Part shown: in pieces, positions 28,055 to 36,817 of the stretch | Layout: every line of letters starts with the position of its first letter | How positions within the stretch are numbered: the stretch's first letter is position 1 | Source: Alphaproteobacteria bacterium TMED62 | GTDB taxonomy: Bacteria; Pseudomonadota; Alphaproteobacteria; TMED109 | Direction of reading: 5' to 3' | NCBI GenBank assembly: GCA_002170595.1 | Contig: NHDP01000016.1 | Span: 5,207 to 69,206 of the forward strand | DNA length: 64,000 bases | Translations under genes and position numbers: made by a program | Notes under the pieces: model-generated | The model's database searches: none | Told to the model about the DNA's origin: nothing | The model's input: the letters and a program-made list of their open reading frames with translations, nothing else

Positions 28055-30762
28055 AGATTAATATAGTCCCTTTTGGAAAAGGTTTTAATCAAATAGTAAA
28101 TACTTATAGGAATAAAGTCGCGTTTATTGATTTTGATACTAAAAAAAGTTTTAACTATAATGAAATTGATATTTTAATAAAAAGATGCCTTTGTTTTTTA
28201 CAGAAAAGTGGATTAAAAAAAAATGATACATTTCAAGTAGTTTTACCAAATTGTATAGAGCTTTTAATTTTATTTCTTGCTGCAGGTAAGGGTGGGTTTA
28301 ATATTATGCCTAGTTCCGAAGAATCCACCGATTCAGAACTTACTCTATCTAATAAAATAATTAACTGTAAATTAGTTATTACCGAAAAAAAAAATAAGCT
28401 AGATAAAGTTTTCAATAAAAAGAATAAATTAAAAAAAATTTCATTAAAGTGTAATTTTTCTTGGCTCCCAAATCAGCACAGCAGCTTAAATAATAAAAAT
28501 GGTAAGTTATATATTATGACTAGCGGTACTACTGGAAAACCTAAGGCTATAGTCATTAGTCTTGATAAATTATGGTCAAGTGCAATTGCTTTTGGAGAAA
28601 ATTATAAAGAACTTAACTCAAATTCTTGCATATGGAATTACTTGCCTATGTCTTATTTAGGAGGCCTTTATAACCTATGTTATATTCCTTTAACTAAAGG
28701 AAGTAAAATTATTGTATCTAAATCTTTTGATAGCTTAATGGCGTTAAATTTTTGGAAAACAGTTGAGCAGTTTAAGATAAATATACTATGGTTGGTACCA
28801 AGCTTATTAAAATTACTTCAAAAGCTTTCAGAACGGACAAATGAATTAGAAAATAAAAGAATAGGGTCTTTAATTAAATTTAGTTTTTTGGGAACGGCAC
28901 CTATATCTTTAAAAGAAAAAAAACTTTTTGAAAAAACTTTTCAATTTCCAGTTTATGAAAATTATGGATTATCTGAAACCACATTTATCTCTGCTGAGAA
29001 AAATTATGATTATAAAAATAGAACCGAAAGAACAGTAGGAAAATTATTGCCGTATGTTGAAACCAATTTTAAAAAAAATTCTCAGATTAAAAATGAATTA
29101 AAAGTAAAATCTCCTTTTTTATTTTTAGGGTATTTGAACGACAGAGGAGAGATATCTCTACCTTTAGATAAAGAGGGTTATTTTTCAACCGGGGATATTT
29201 GTAATATTAAAAATAGTATAATTAAATTAAATGGAAGAATTAGAGATATCATTAAAAAAGGTGGATTCTTTATTCAACTTCGTGAAATAGAAGAGAAATG
29301 TAAAATAGTTGATGGGGTAGAAGAAATTTCTGCTGTTCCCATAAAAGACAATTTTTATGGAGAAGATTATGTTATATTTTTTAGTAGCAATTCGCCAGAA
29401 AGCACTAAATATAAATTAAATAATCTCTTAAAAGTTAACTTTAATAAAAGAAAACATCCTAAAGAAGTTTTTCCTATAGCCTCTTTTCCAAAAACTAAAA
29501 GCGGTAAGATAAAAAAAACCGACCTTGTTAAATTTGTTCCCTTCTATATAAAAAATAGTGTTAAAAATAGAAAGTTTAATTTTAATATTTCAAAAAAAGT
29601 GTCTAAGATCAATCCTGCCTCTTCTATAGAAATAAACCAAATTGTATACAATATGAAAAGAGCTGGTGAAACTGTAACGGCTCTCTCTTTAGGAGAGGCA
29701 TTCTTTAAAATTCCGCAGTATGATTTTTCGAGATTAGATTTTAATAAAGGTTATCATTACAGCGATACTGCTGGCATTCCAGAACTGAGAAAGAAGATTG
29801 CAAATCATTATCAAAAAAACTATCAAGCCCCAGTATTTGATAATGAAATTATAATATCAGCAGGTTCTAAACCATTAGTTTTCATGGCAATGACTACAGT
29901 CCTTGACAAAGGTGCTGAAATATTAATCCCTGAGCCTGCTTGGCTTAGTTATGAAGAACATGCTAAGCTTTGTGGAGCAAAAATTAAATTTATCCCATAC
30001 AATATTGAAGTTAAAAATTATAAAAATTTTTTTACTAAAAACACCAAATTGTTAATAATTAATAATCCTAATAACCCTCGAGGAAAAGTATATACTGAAG
30101 AGGAACTCAGACAAATCTATGAAATAGCAATAAACAAAAATATTTTTATTCTTATAGACGAAGCTTATTCTGACTTTGTCAATGAAAAGTTCATATCAAT
30201 GGCTAATATTGCACCAGATAAAAAAGGAATTATCATTGTTAATTCTTTATCAAAAAATTTAGGTATATCTGGTTGGCGAATAGGATTTATAATTGCTTCT
30301 CCTGAAATTAATAAACAAATACTTAAATTAAATCAACATATCATAACCTGTGCTCCTACTATATTGAGTATGTATGTAGATAAGTATTATGAAAAGATAT
30401 ATAAAAATACTAGCAAACAAATCATAAATTTATTACAAAAAAGAATAATTATTCAGAAATATTTAAAAAAAATAAATTTAAATTTTTTGGAAGGTAATTC
30501 TACTTTTTATTTTTTTATATCTATAGAAAACTTTATAGGAACTGATTTAGAATTTTCTAACTATTTGCTTTATAACCATAGAGTTTCTGTAGTCCCAGGA
30601 TCTGCGTATGGGATAAGTACAAATAGATATATTAGAGTTTCTTTTGGAACAGAAAGTGTGAATTCTATAAAAAGTGCTTTAGATAAAATCAAAACTGTTA
30701 TAAGAATAAATAAAATTGATCATGTAGATTTAGAAAAAAAAATTAAAGTTTGGGCTTTTTAA
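28051..30762 (+). CDS. Fusion protein: adenylate-forming (acyl/aminoacyl-AMP ligase) domain + fold-type-I (AspC-like) PLP aminotransferase domain
   Basis: Residues ~1-500: TSGTTGKPKAIV, ENYGLSETT, YFSTGDI, GRIRDIIKKGG, PKTKSGKIKK. From residue ~512 (nt ~29584): ALSLGEAFFKIP, NNPNNPRGK, SLSKNLGISGWRIGF (PLP Lys). It is one uninterrupted 903-codon frame. Confidence 0.8.
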   Translation: MKINIVPFGKGFNQIVNTYRNKVAFIDFDTKKSFNYNEIDILIKRCLCFLQKSGLKKNDTFQVVLPNCIELLILFLAAGKGGFNIMPSSEESTDSELTLSNKIINCKLVITEKKNKLDKVFNKKNKLKKISLKCNFSWLPNQHSSLNNKNGKLYIMTSGTTGKPKAIVISLDKLWSSAIAFGENYKELNSNSCIWNYLPMSYLGGLYNLCYIPLTKGSKIIVSKSFDSLMALNFWKTVEQFKINILWLVPSLLKLLQKLSERTNELENKRIGSLIKFSFLGTAPISLKEKKLFEKTFQFPVYENYGLSETTFISAEKNYDYKNRTERTVGKLLPYVETNFKKNSQIKNELKVKSPFLFLGYLNDRGEISLPLDKEGYFSTGDICNIKNSIIKLNGRIRDIIKKGGFFIQLREIEEKCKIVDGVEEISAVPIKDNFYGEDYVIFFSSNSPESTKYKLNNLLKVNFNKRKHPKEVFPIASFPKTKSGKIKKTDLVKFVPFYIKNSVKNRKFNFNISKKVSKINPASSIEINQIVYNMKRAGETVTALSLGEAFFKIPQYDFSRLDFNKGYHYSDTAGIPELRKKIANHYQKNYQAPVFDNEIIISAGSKPLVFMAMTTVLDKGAEILIPEPAWLSYEEHAKLCGAKIKFIPYNIEVKNYKNFFTKNTKLLIINNPNNPRGKVYTEEELRQIYEIAINKNIFILIDEAYSDFVNEKFISMANIAPDKKGIIIVNSLSKNLGISGWRIGFIIASPEINKQILKLNQHIITCAPTILSMYVDKYYEKIYKNTSKQIINLLQKRIIIQKYLKKINLNFLEGNSTFYFFISIENFIGTDLEFSNYLLYNHRVSVVPGSAYGISTNRYIRVSFGTESVNSIKSALDKIKTVIRINKIDHVDLEKKIKVWAF

Positions 30763-30763
30763 T

Positions 30764-31015
30764 TTGACTAAAAAAAATATAAATATTGAACAAAATTTAA
30801 AGGAAGTTTTTAAAAAAATTTTTAATATAACTAGTGAAAATTGCCAAAGTTTTTCAGAAAAAGAAGAATATAAATGGGATAGCTTAAAAGGCGTAAACTT
30901 ACTATTAGAAGTAGAAAAAATATTTTCCGTAAAAATCTCGACTAATGACCTACAAAATTTTAATTCTTTTAAAAATATAAAAAAAATTTTAAATAAACAA
31001 ATAAATGAAAAATAA
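30764..31015 (+). CDS. Stand-alone acyl/peptidyl carrier protein
   Basis: 83 aa with a phosphopantetheine-site-like KWDSLKGVNLLLEVEK. TTG start 1 nt after the fusion gene stop. Confidence 0.6.
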   Translation: MTKKNINIEQNLKEVFKKIFNITSENCQSFSEKEEYKWDSLKGVNLLLEVEKIFSVKISTNDLQNFNSFKNIKKILNKQINEK

Positions 31016-31577
31016 AAACAAATTTTTAATTGAAGGTAAATTAGTCAAATTTAGAAACCCTTCTAAAGATGATGCTAAAGGAATTTGGAGTGAGTGGTTT
31101 AATAATTTAGATAATTTAGTTATGTTAGGAAGAGTACCATTGCCAAATACTCCTGAACAACAAATTGCTTATATGATTGAAAGCCAAGATAATGCTGATA
31201 GAGTTATATTTATTGTTTGTCTAAAATCTAGTAGCAAAGCGATAGGGGTAGTCAGTTTAAGTAATATTAATAGATATCATCAAAGTGCTCAAACGGGTCT
31301 TTTAATTGGCGAAAAAAAGCATAGAAATTACAAAATAGCTTTGGAAACAATGTCTTTGCTAACCGAATTTGCCTTAGTAAAAATGAATCTAAACAGATGT
31401 GATGCTAGTGCTTTAAAAATTAATCCACAGAGTTATTTACTAAATGAGTTTTTAGGCTGGAGAAAAGTAGGAGAAAAAAAACAAAGTCATTATCACAATG
31501 GGATTTTTGTAGATACAATTTTATATGAAATTTTAAGAAAGAACTGGCTAAAATCTAATAAAAGACCAAACTTGTAG
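31005..31577 (+). CDS. GNAT-family (RimJ/RimL-like) N-acyltransferase
   Basis: 190 aa, with IGVVSLSNIN...GLLIGEKKHRNYKIALE (acetyl-CoA-binding-like region). It overlaps the carrier gene by 11 nt. Confidence 0.6.
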   Translation: MKNKNKFLIEGKLVKFRNPSKDDAKGIWSEWFNNLDNLVMLGRVPLPNTPEQQIAYMIESQDNADRVIFIVCLKSSSKAIGVVSLSNINRYHQSAQTGLLIGEKKHRNYKIALETMSLLTEFALVKMNLNRCDASALKINPQSYLLNEFLGWRKVGEKKQSHYHNGIFVDTILYEILRKNWLKSNKRPNL

Positions 31578-31942
31578 ACTTAATAAAAGACAATATTTTA
31601 ATTTAAGTGCAAAATATTAAAAAACCTTAACCAATTTCATATTACAATTATTTTAGATACCTTATAACGGGTGCTAATATAGCAAGGAATAGAAGCTTAT
31701 AATCTACTCAGTAATTCAGAAAGGGAATCGTATGCTAAGTATAAATATTATTACTCAGATAATGAAATATTAATTATATTTTGATGCCACTCCTTATAAC
31801 AATCATAGAAAAAATAGAGCTACTTTAAAAAGTATAAAATAAATAATTTATAAGTGATATTAAATTTTTTAATAAGCTTATTATAAAATTTTATATTATA
31901 TTTAGTAATTATCTTATATAAATATGTAATTAAGTAACTCAA

Positions 31943-32689
31943 ATGAAAAAAAAAAATAATTATTATTGGATGTATAGTAAGCATTCTATTGAGAATGCAC
32001 TTTTAAATCAAAATAGAAATATATTAGAAATCATAATAGAGAAAAAGTTTAGTAACTTTTATGAAAATTATTTCAAAATTTATGATTTAAATAAAAATAT
32101 TAAAATAAGTATTGTGACAAAAAAAACAATTGTAAAAAAGATAGGTAAATTAGCTAAGTATCAAGGTGTGGCTCTATTAGTTGAAAAATTGTCCTATGAT
32201 AGAATAGTTTCTCTAGACCCAAGATTCTCAAAAGAAAGTTTTATAATTATTATTGACCAATTAAATGATATAAAAAACTTTGGAGCTTTATTGAGAGTAG
32301 CTTATGCATTTGGTGTAAAAACTATAATTACACTCGATCGTTTTATGCCAGATGAAAATGGCTATTTGGCAAGCATAGCATCAGGAGCACTTGATAAAAT
32401 TAATATTTTTAAAGTTACAAATTTAACAAGTATTATAAATTATTTTAAGAAAGATAATTGGTGGATAATAGGTCTTGAGTCAAAAAAATTAGATAATTGT
32501 GTAGATCTCAAAAGACAAAAGAATTCATTCGAAAAAAAAGTGCTAATTATTGGCTCGGAAAGCATAGGCTTAAGAAGTTTAGTAAGAAAAAATTGTGATA
32601 TTTTATACAGAATATCGACTAAAAATGAAGATTTAGATAGTATTAATTTAGTTCAGGCCGCTAGTATTGCTTTATATGAATTAACATAA
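31943..32689 (+). CDS. SpoU/TrmH-family RNA 2'-O-methyltransferase (RlmB-like)
   Basis: IIIDQLNDIKNFGALLRVAYAFGV, LIIGSESIGLR, NLVQAASIALYE (SPOUT knot motifs). Confidence 0.7.
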   Translation: MKKKNNYYWMYSKHSIENALLNQNRNILEIIIEKKFSNFYENYFKIYDLNKNIKISIVTKKTIVKKIGKLAKYQGVALLVEKLSYDRIVSLDPRFSKESFIIIIDQLNDIKNFGALLRVAYAFGVKTIITLDRFMPDENGYLASIASGALDKINIFKVTNLTSIINYFKKDNWWIIGLESKKLDNCVDLKRQKNSFEKKVLIIGSESIGLRSLVRKNCDILYRISTKNEDLDSINLVQAASIALYELT

Positions 32690-32723
32690 TATGGCTCATT
32701 TTTTTTATTTTATTTTCAAATAA

Positions 32724-33467
32724 TTACTTTTTCAAAAATAATTCAGCTAATTTAAGTTGATGCTTGTAATCAATATCAATTGCTCTTTCACTTGGCATCT
32801 CGTATGTTTTCACAGATTTATCATAAAATGTTTTATGTTTTAATATCCATTCATACTTTGCGGCAAATACTGCACCGTTAGGAGCATAAATAGAAGAGTT
32901 TTTTATTCCTAAAGGCTTGAAATAATTTTTCGCATTACTTAGTCCTATTTTTTTAAGATTATACTGAAGTTTACTTTGACTCATTACCGCACTTGCACCT
33001 TTTTCAATAATCTTTATTCCTTTTATAATATCATTATCTTTTCTTAGTGGAGAAGTTGGTTGTAGTATTAAAATATTATTTTCATGCTTTAGTTTATTAG
33101 TTACATGTTTCGTTACATCTATCAAGGACGCATAATTTGTTGATAAATATTTAGGCCTTTTTAGAATAATTAAGTCTTTATATTTAGAACATTTTTTTAA
33201 TATTAAATCGCTGTCACTAGATACAACTGTATTACCATATTTTTTTAATCTAAGTGCTTGCTCTAATGTCCAGAAAATTAATGGTTTCCCCATAAAATTT
33301 TTAAGGTTTTTTCCTGGTAATCTCTTTGAACCCCCTCTAGCAGGAACTATAAATAAAAAAATATTTTTCATTTCATTAATTTTAATAAATATTATTATTG
33401 ATAATATTACAATAAGCAAAATATGTATTGCTTTAATTGCAATTATTTTATGCTTGCTATACTTCAT
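32724..33467 (-). CDS. Acylneuraminate cytidylyltransferase family (CMP-nonulosonate synthetase; NeuA/PseF/LegF-like)
   Basis: IVPARGGSKRLPGKNL signature. The annotated ORF has a 32-aa hydrophobic N-terminal extension. An alternative start is Met33 at 33371. Confidence 0.75.
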   Translation of the reverse strand: MKYSKHKIIAIKAIHILLIVILSIIIFIKINEMKNIFLFIVPARGGSKRLPGKNLKNFMGKPLIFWTLEQALRLKKYGNTVVSSDSDLILKKCSKYKDLIILKRPKYLSTNYASLIDVTKHVTNKLKHENNILILQPTSPLRKDNDIIKGIKIIEKGASAVMSQSKLQYNLKKIGLSNAKNYFKPLGIKNSSIYAPNGAVFAAKYEWILKHKTFYDKSVKTYEMPSERAIDIDYKHQLKLAELFLKK

Positions 33468-33541
33468 AAATTTTATAATGTTTATTTAATTCAATACTTT
33501 AAATATTTTGAATTTGTAGTTTTTAAGTTGGAGGATTTTTT

Positions 33542-34300
33542 ATGATTTCAAATCCTGTAAGGGTTATTGCTAGACTTGATATAAAAAGTAATAGTGTAGT
33601 GAAAGGTATAAACTTAGAAGGGTTAAGAAAGGTCGGAGACCCAAAAGAGTTGGCAAAAAAATATTATAAAGAAGGTATAGATGAAATTATTTACATGGAT
33701 GTTGTAGCTTCTTTATATGAAAGAAATACTATAGAGAAGTTTATAAAAGTAGCAGCAAAAGAAATTTTTGTTCCTTTGACTGTAGGAGGGGGAATTAGAA
33801 ATTTGGAAGATATTAGAAAAGTTTTGAACAATGGCGCAGACAAAGTTGCTATAAATACAGCAGCAATAAAAAATGAAAATTTCATTAAAGAAGCTTCACA
33901 AGAAATCGGAAGCCAATCTATAATAGTATCTATAGAGGCAAAAAAGGTAGAGAAAAACAATTGGGAGGCTTATTATGATAATGGTAGAGAAAGGTCTGGA
34001 TTAAATGTATTAGATTGGGCAAAAAAAGCACAAGATTTAGGAGCTGGTGAAGTCTTGATAACATCAGTTGATAACGAAGGCTTAAAAAAAGGAATGGATT
34101 TAGAATTACTCAAAAGGTTAAGAGACATTGTTTCTATTCCAATTATTTTTAGTGGAGGAGTGGGACAAGTTGAACACATAATAGATGTAGTACCAAATAC
34201 AGATGCTGTAGCTTTGGCTAGCGTTTTACACTACAATGAGTACAGTATAAAATTTTTGAAAGATATTTTATATAAAAAAGGTATAAATGTTAGAAGTTAA
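33542..34300 (+). CDS. HisF-like imidazole-glycerol-phosphate-synthase cyclase paralogue (WbuZ/HisF2 type, glycan amidotransferase partner)
   Basis: RVIARLDIK, LTVGGGIR, GAGEVLITSVDNEG, FSGGVG. It is followed by HisH-like and WbuX-like genes rather than his genes. Confidence 0.8.
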   Translation: MISNPVRVIARLDIKSNSVVKGINLEGLRKVGDPKELAKKYYKEGIDEIIYMDVVASLYERNTIEKFIKVAAKEIFVPLTVGGGIRNLEDIRKVLNNGADKVAINTAAIKNENFIKEASQEIGSQSIIVSIEAKKVEKNNWEAYYDNGRERSGLNVLDWAKKAQDLGAGEVLITSVDNEGLKKGMDLELLKRLRDIVSIPIIFSGGVGQVEHIIDVVPNTDAVALASVLHYNEYSIKFLKDILYKKGINVRS

Positions 34301-34308
34301 ACAATAGA

Positions 34309-34938
34309 ATGATTACTGTAGTTGATTATGGTTATGGAAATATCTTTTCTATAGTATCCGCATTTAATGAAATAGGTTTTAAGTGCAAAGTCTCAGATAA
34401 AGAAAATGATATTTTGAATGCTACAATTATTGTTTTGCCTGGAGTAGGAGCTTTTAAGCAAGCAATGAGATCATTAGAAATTAAAAAGTTAGATAAAATA
34501 ATTATAAAAGCTGTAGCAAATAAAAAAAATATAATAGGAATTTGTCTAGGCTATCAAATGTTATTTGATAAAAGTAATGAATTCGGAGTTTATAATGGTT
34601 TAGGCTTAGTTGAAGGAGAGGTAAGAAGTTTAAAAACTTTTGATGGCCGTTACTCAAAAATTCCTAATGTGGGCTGGCGTCCTTTGATATTAAATAAGGA
34701 AAATAAAATAATGAGTGATAAAAATGATAATCAAATGTTTTATTTCGTTCATTCATTTGTACCGTTTGCAAAATATGAAAAAAAAATAAGTTCTTTTATA
34801 AAGTTTAATGATAATAAAATTCATGCCTCTATACATTACAATAATATTGTAGGTTTCCAATTTCATCCAGAAAAAAGTGGAAAAGCCGGACTAAAATTAC
34901 TCAAAGAGTCAACAGAATATTTATTAAATAGAGATTAA
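34309..34938 (+). CDS. HisH-like class-I glutamine amidotransferase (WbuY/HisH2 type)
   Basis: LPGVGAF, nucleophile elbow GICLGYQML, FQFHPEKS. Confidence 0.8.
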   Translation: MITVVDYGYGNIFSIVSAFNEIGFKCKVSDKENDILNATIIVLPGVGAFKQAMRSLEIKKLDKIIIKAVANKKNIIGICLGYQMLFDKSNEFGVYNGLGLVEGEVRSLKTFDGRYSKIPNVGWRPLILNKENKIMSDKNDNQMFYFVHSFVPFAKYEKKISSFIKFNDNKIHASIHYNNIVGFQFHPEKSGKAGLKLLKESTEYLLNRD

Positions 34939-35018
34939 TGAAAAAAATGTTTGGAATATTAAGATCATTCTATTTATAATAATTTATAAGATTTAAATTT
35001 TAAATATTATATACTTTT

Positions 35019-36227
35019 ATGATTCCAGATAAGTCAAGCAAAGCTCAACCTGAAGATGTAGTGTTTTGCAAAAAATGTGTAATGTCTAATCAAAGACCTG
35101 GTTCCACAATTGAATTTAAAAATACTTCAAAAAAAGAAAGAAGATTGATTGGTTTCAACAATAAAGGCGTTTGTAATGCATGCGAATATAAGTCTATTAA
35201 AGATAATGACATAGACTGGGAAGAAAGAGAGGCATTGCTAAAAACACTTTGTGATAAATACAGAAGTAGAAATAATTCATATGATATAATAATTCCAGGT
35301 AGTGGGGGAAAAGATAGTGTATTTACAAGTCATATTTTAAAGTACAAATATAATATGAATCCTCTTACTATAACGTGGGCTCCTCATTTGTACACTAATA
35401 TAGGTTGGCAAAATTTTCAACAATGGATTAACTCTGGTTTTGATAATATTTTATTAACTCCAAATGGTAAACTTCATAGGTTACTGACAAGAAAAGCATT
35501 TTTAAATTTATGTCACCCATTTCAGCCTTTCATAATTGGCCAGAAAATATGTGGTCCTAAATATGCTGCTCTTCATAAAATACCTTTTGTGATGTATGGT
35601 GAGCACGCAGCTGAGTATGGAGATAGAATGGATGAAGCATTTGATCCAAAAATGAAAGAACATTATTTTATGGATGAGACTAATGCTGATAATCTAATTT
35701 TATCAGGAGAGCCAGCAAAAAAAATCTGCTTAGATAATGGTTTCAATCTATCAGAAATGTCTCCATATCTTCCTATTAAGCCCAAAACTATTAAAGATGC
35801 TAATGTTCAGGTCTTTCACTTAAGTTATTATATCAAATGGGACCCTCAAGAAGTTTTTTATTACGCGGCAGAAAATGCTGGATTTCAAGCTAATTCAGAA
35901 AGGACACAAGGTAGCTACAGTAAATATAGTTCAATTGATGATAAGCTTGACACTCTTCACTATTATACCACTCTAATTAAATTTGGAATAGGCAGAGCAA
36001 CTTACGATGCCTCACAAGAAATCAGATCAAATAAAATTGATAGAGAGGAAGGGGTAGCACTGGTAAAAAAATATGACCAAGAGTTTCCTGATAAGTTTTT
36101 TGATGAGATACTTGAGTACATGAATATTACTGCCGATCAGTTTTGGGAAGTAATAAATAAAAATAGACCTGAACATTTATGGGAAAAAAGTAATAATCAG
36201 TGGAAACTTAAGCATCAAGTTAGTTAA
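35019..36227 (+). CDS. N-acetyl-sugar amidotransferase (WbuX/PseA/WbpG family, PP-loop ATPase)
   Basis: N-terminal Cys cluster CKKCVMSNQRP...GVCNAC and PP-loop IIPGSGGKDS. Confidence 0.75.
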   Translation: MIPDKSSKAQPEDVVFCKKCVMSNQRPGSTIEFKNTSKKERRLIGFNNKGVCNACEYKSIKDNDIDWEEREALLKTLCDKYRSRNNSYDIIIPGSGGKDSVFTSHILKYKYNMNPLTITWAPHLYTNIGWQNFQQWINSGFDNILLTPNGKLHRLLTRKAFLNLCHPFQPFIIGQKICGPKYAALHKIPFVMYGEHAAEYGDRMDEAFDPKMKEHYFMDETNADNLILSGEPAKKICLDNGFNLSEMSPYLPIKPKTIKDANVQVFHLSYYIKWDPQEVFYYAAENAGFQANSERTQGSYSKYSSIDDKLDTLHYYTTLIKFGIGRATYDASQEIRSNKIDREEGVALVKKYDQEFPDKFFDEILEYMNITADQFWEVINKNRPEHLWEKSNNQWKLKHQVS

Positions 36228-36352
36228 ATGTGAACTTTTTAAGTAAATTAGTAAAATTTATAAATAATGAGTAATGTATATTTAATAAATGTTAAAAAGA
36301 ATAATAGTATCTTAAATATGATTTTATTTAGGGACATGACACATTTTATACA

Positions 36353-36428
36353 TGGTGCCGGATGAGAGATTTGAACTCCCGACCCACTGATTACAAATCA
36401 GTTGCTCTACCAACTGAGCTAATCCGGC
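36353..36428 (-). tRNA. tRNA-Thr (anticodon UGU), CCA encoded
   Basis: Reverse complement GCCGGATTAGCTCAGTTGGTAGAGCAACTGATTTGTAATCAGTGGGTCGGGAGTTCAAATCTCTCATCCGGCACCA. Acceptor GCCGGAT/ATCCGGC, anticodon loop UU-UGU-AA, T-loop TTCAAAT. Confidence 0.95.
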
Positions 36429-36817
36429 AAGACAATGAAATCATTATTTTTTTTGATTTCTAATTTAATAATTTTATTCAATATAAAAAAGTATAACTTT
36501 CCTAACTACTAATATCTTATACTAGATTTCTAGTAAAATATAAACCAAAAAAAGCGATATGTAAGCACTCATATATTCTAAACAATAATGTTCTAAAAGT
36601 ATTAACTTTATTGCTCGGAAATCATAGAATTTAAAGCCAAAATTTTATCATTAAAATACAAACTATAATCATATTCAGGCATTGCTATACTAAAATATTG
36701 ACATTATTTATTTCATAATATGATAATAGAAATTTTAAGAGAATATATTTAAATTAGCGGCTAAAGTTGAAAGAAATGTTAGAGCATAGCAGAGCTATCC
36801 TGTTAATTTTCATAAGA

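Noticed and set aside
31660-31800. A possible cobalamin riboswitch, because GGGTGC, AAGGGAA and GCCACT occur in that order downstream of a region that includes a PduO adenosyltransferase.
   Set aside because: I could not find the expected GGTG-AA-TCC element after AGGGAA, the pairing partners for P1-P6, or a full B12 box. The downstream gene, a SpoU methyltransferase, is not a plausible B12-regulated target. Only a covariance-model scan could revive this idea.
31660-31800. A 9-bp direct repeat CCTTATAAC (31660-31668 and 31792-31800), considered as a target-site duplication around a miniature mobile element.
   Set aside because: A rough estimate suggests a 9-mer repeat within 365 bp of AT-rich DNA is about what chance would give. 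The sequences just inside the repeats (GGGTGCTAAT versus the reverse complement AGTGGCATCA) do not form convincing terminal inverted repeats.
36680-36720. Sigma-70-like hexamer pairs (for example TTGACA-N17-TGATAAT near 36689, and similar ones near 40143) considered as promoters.
   Set aside because: Such matches are expected at high frequency in DNA this AT-rich. The 36689 example points into the 3' end of a convergent gene. I do not report them as features without transcript data.
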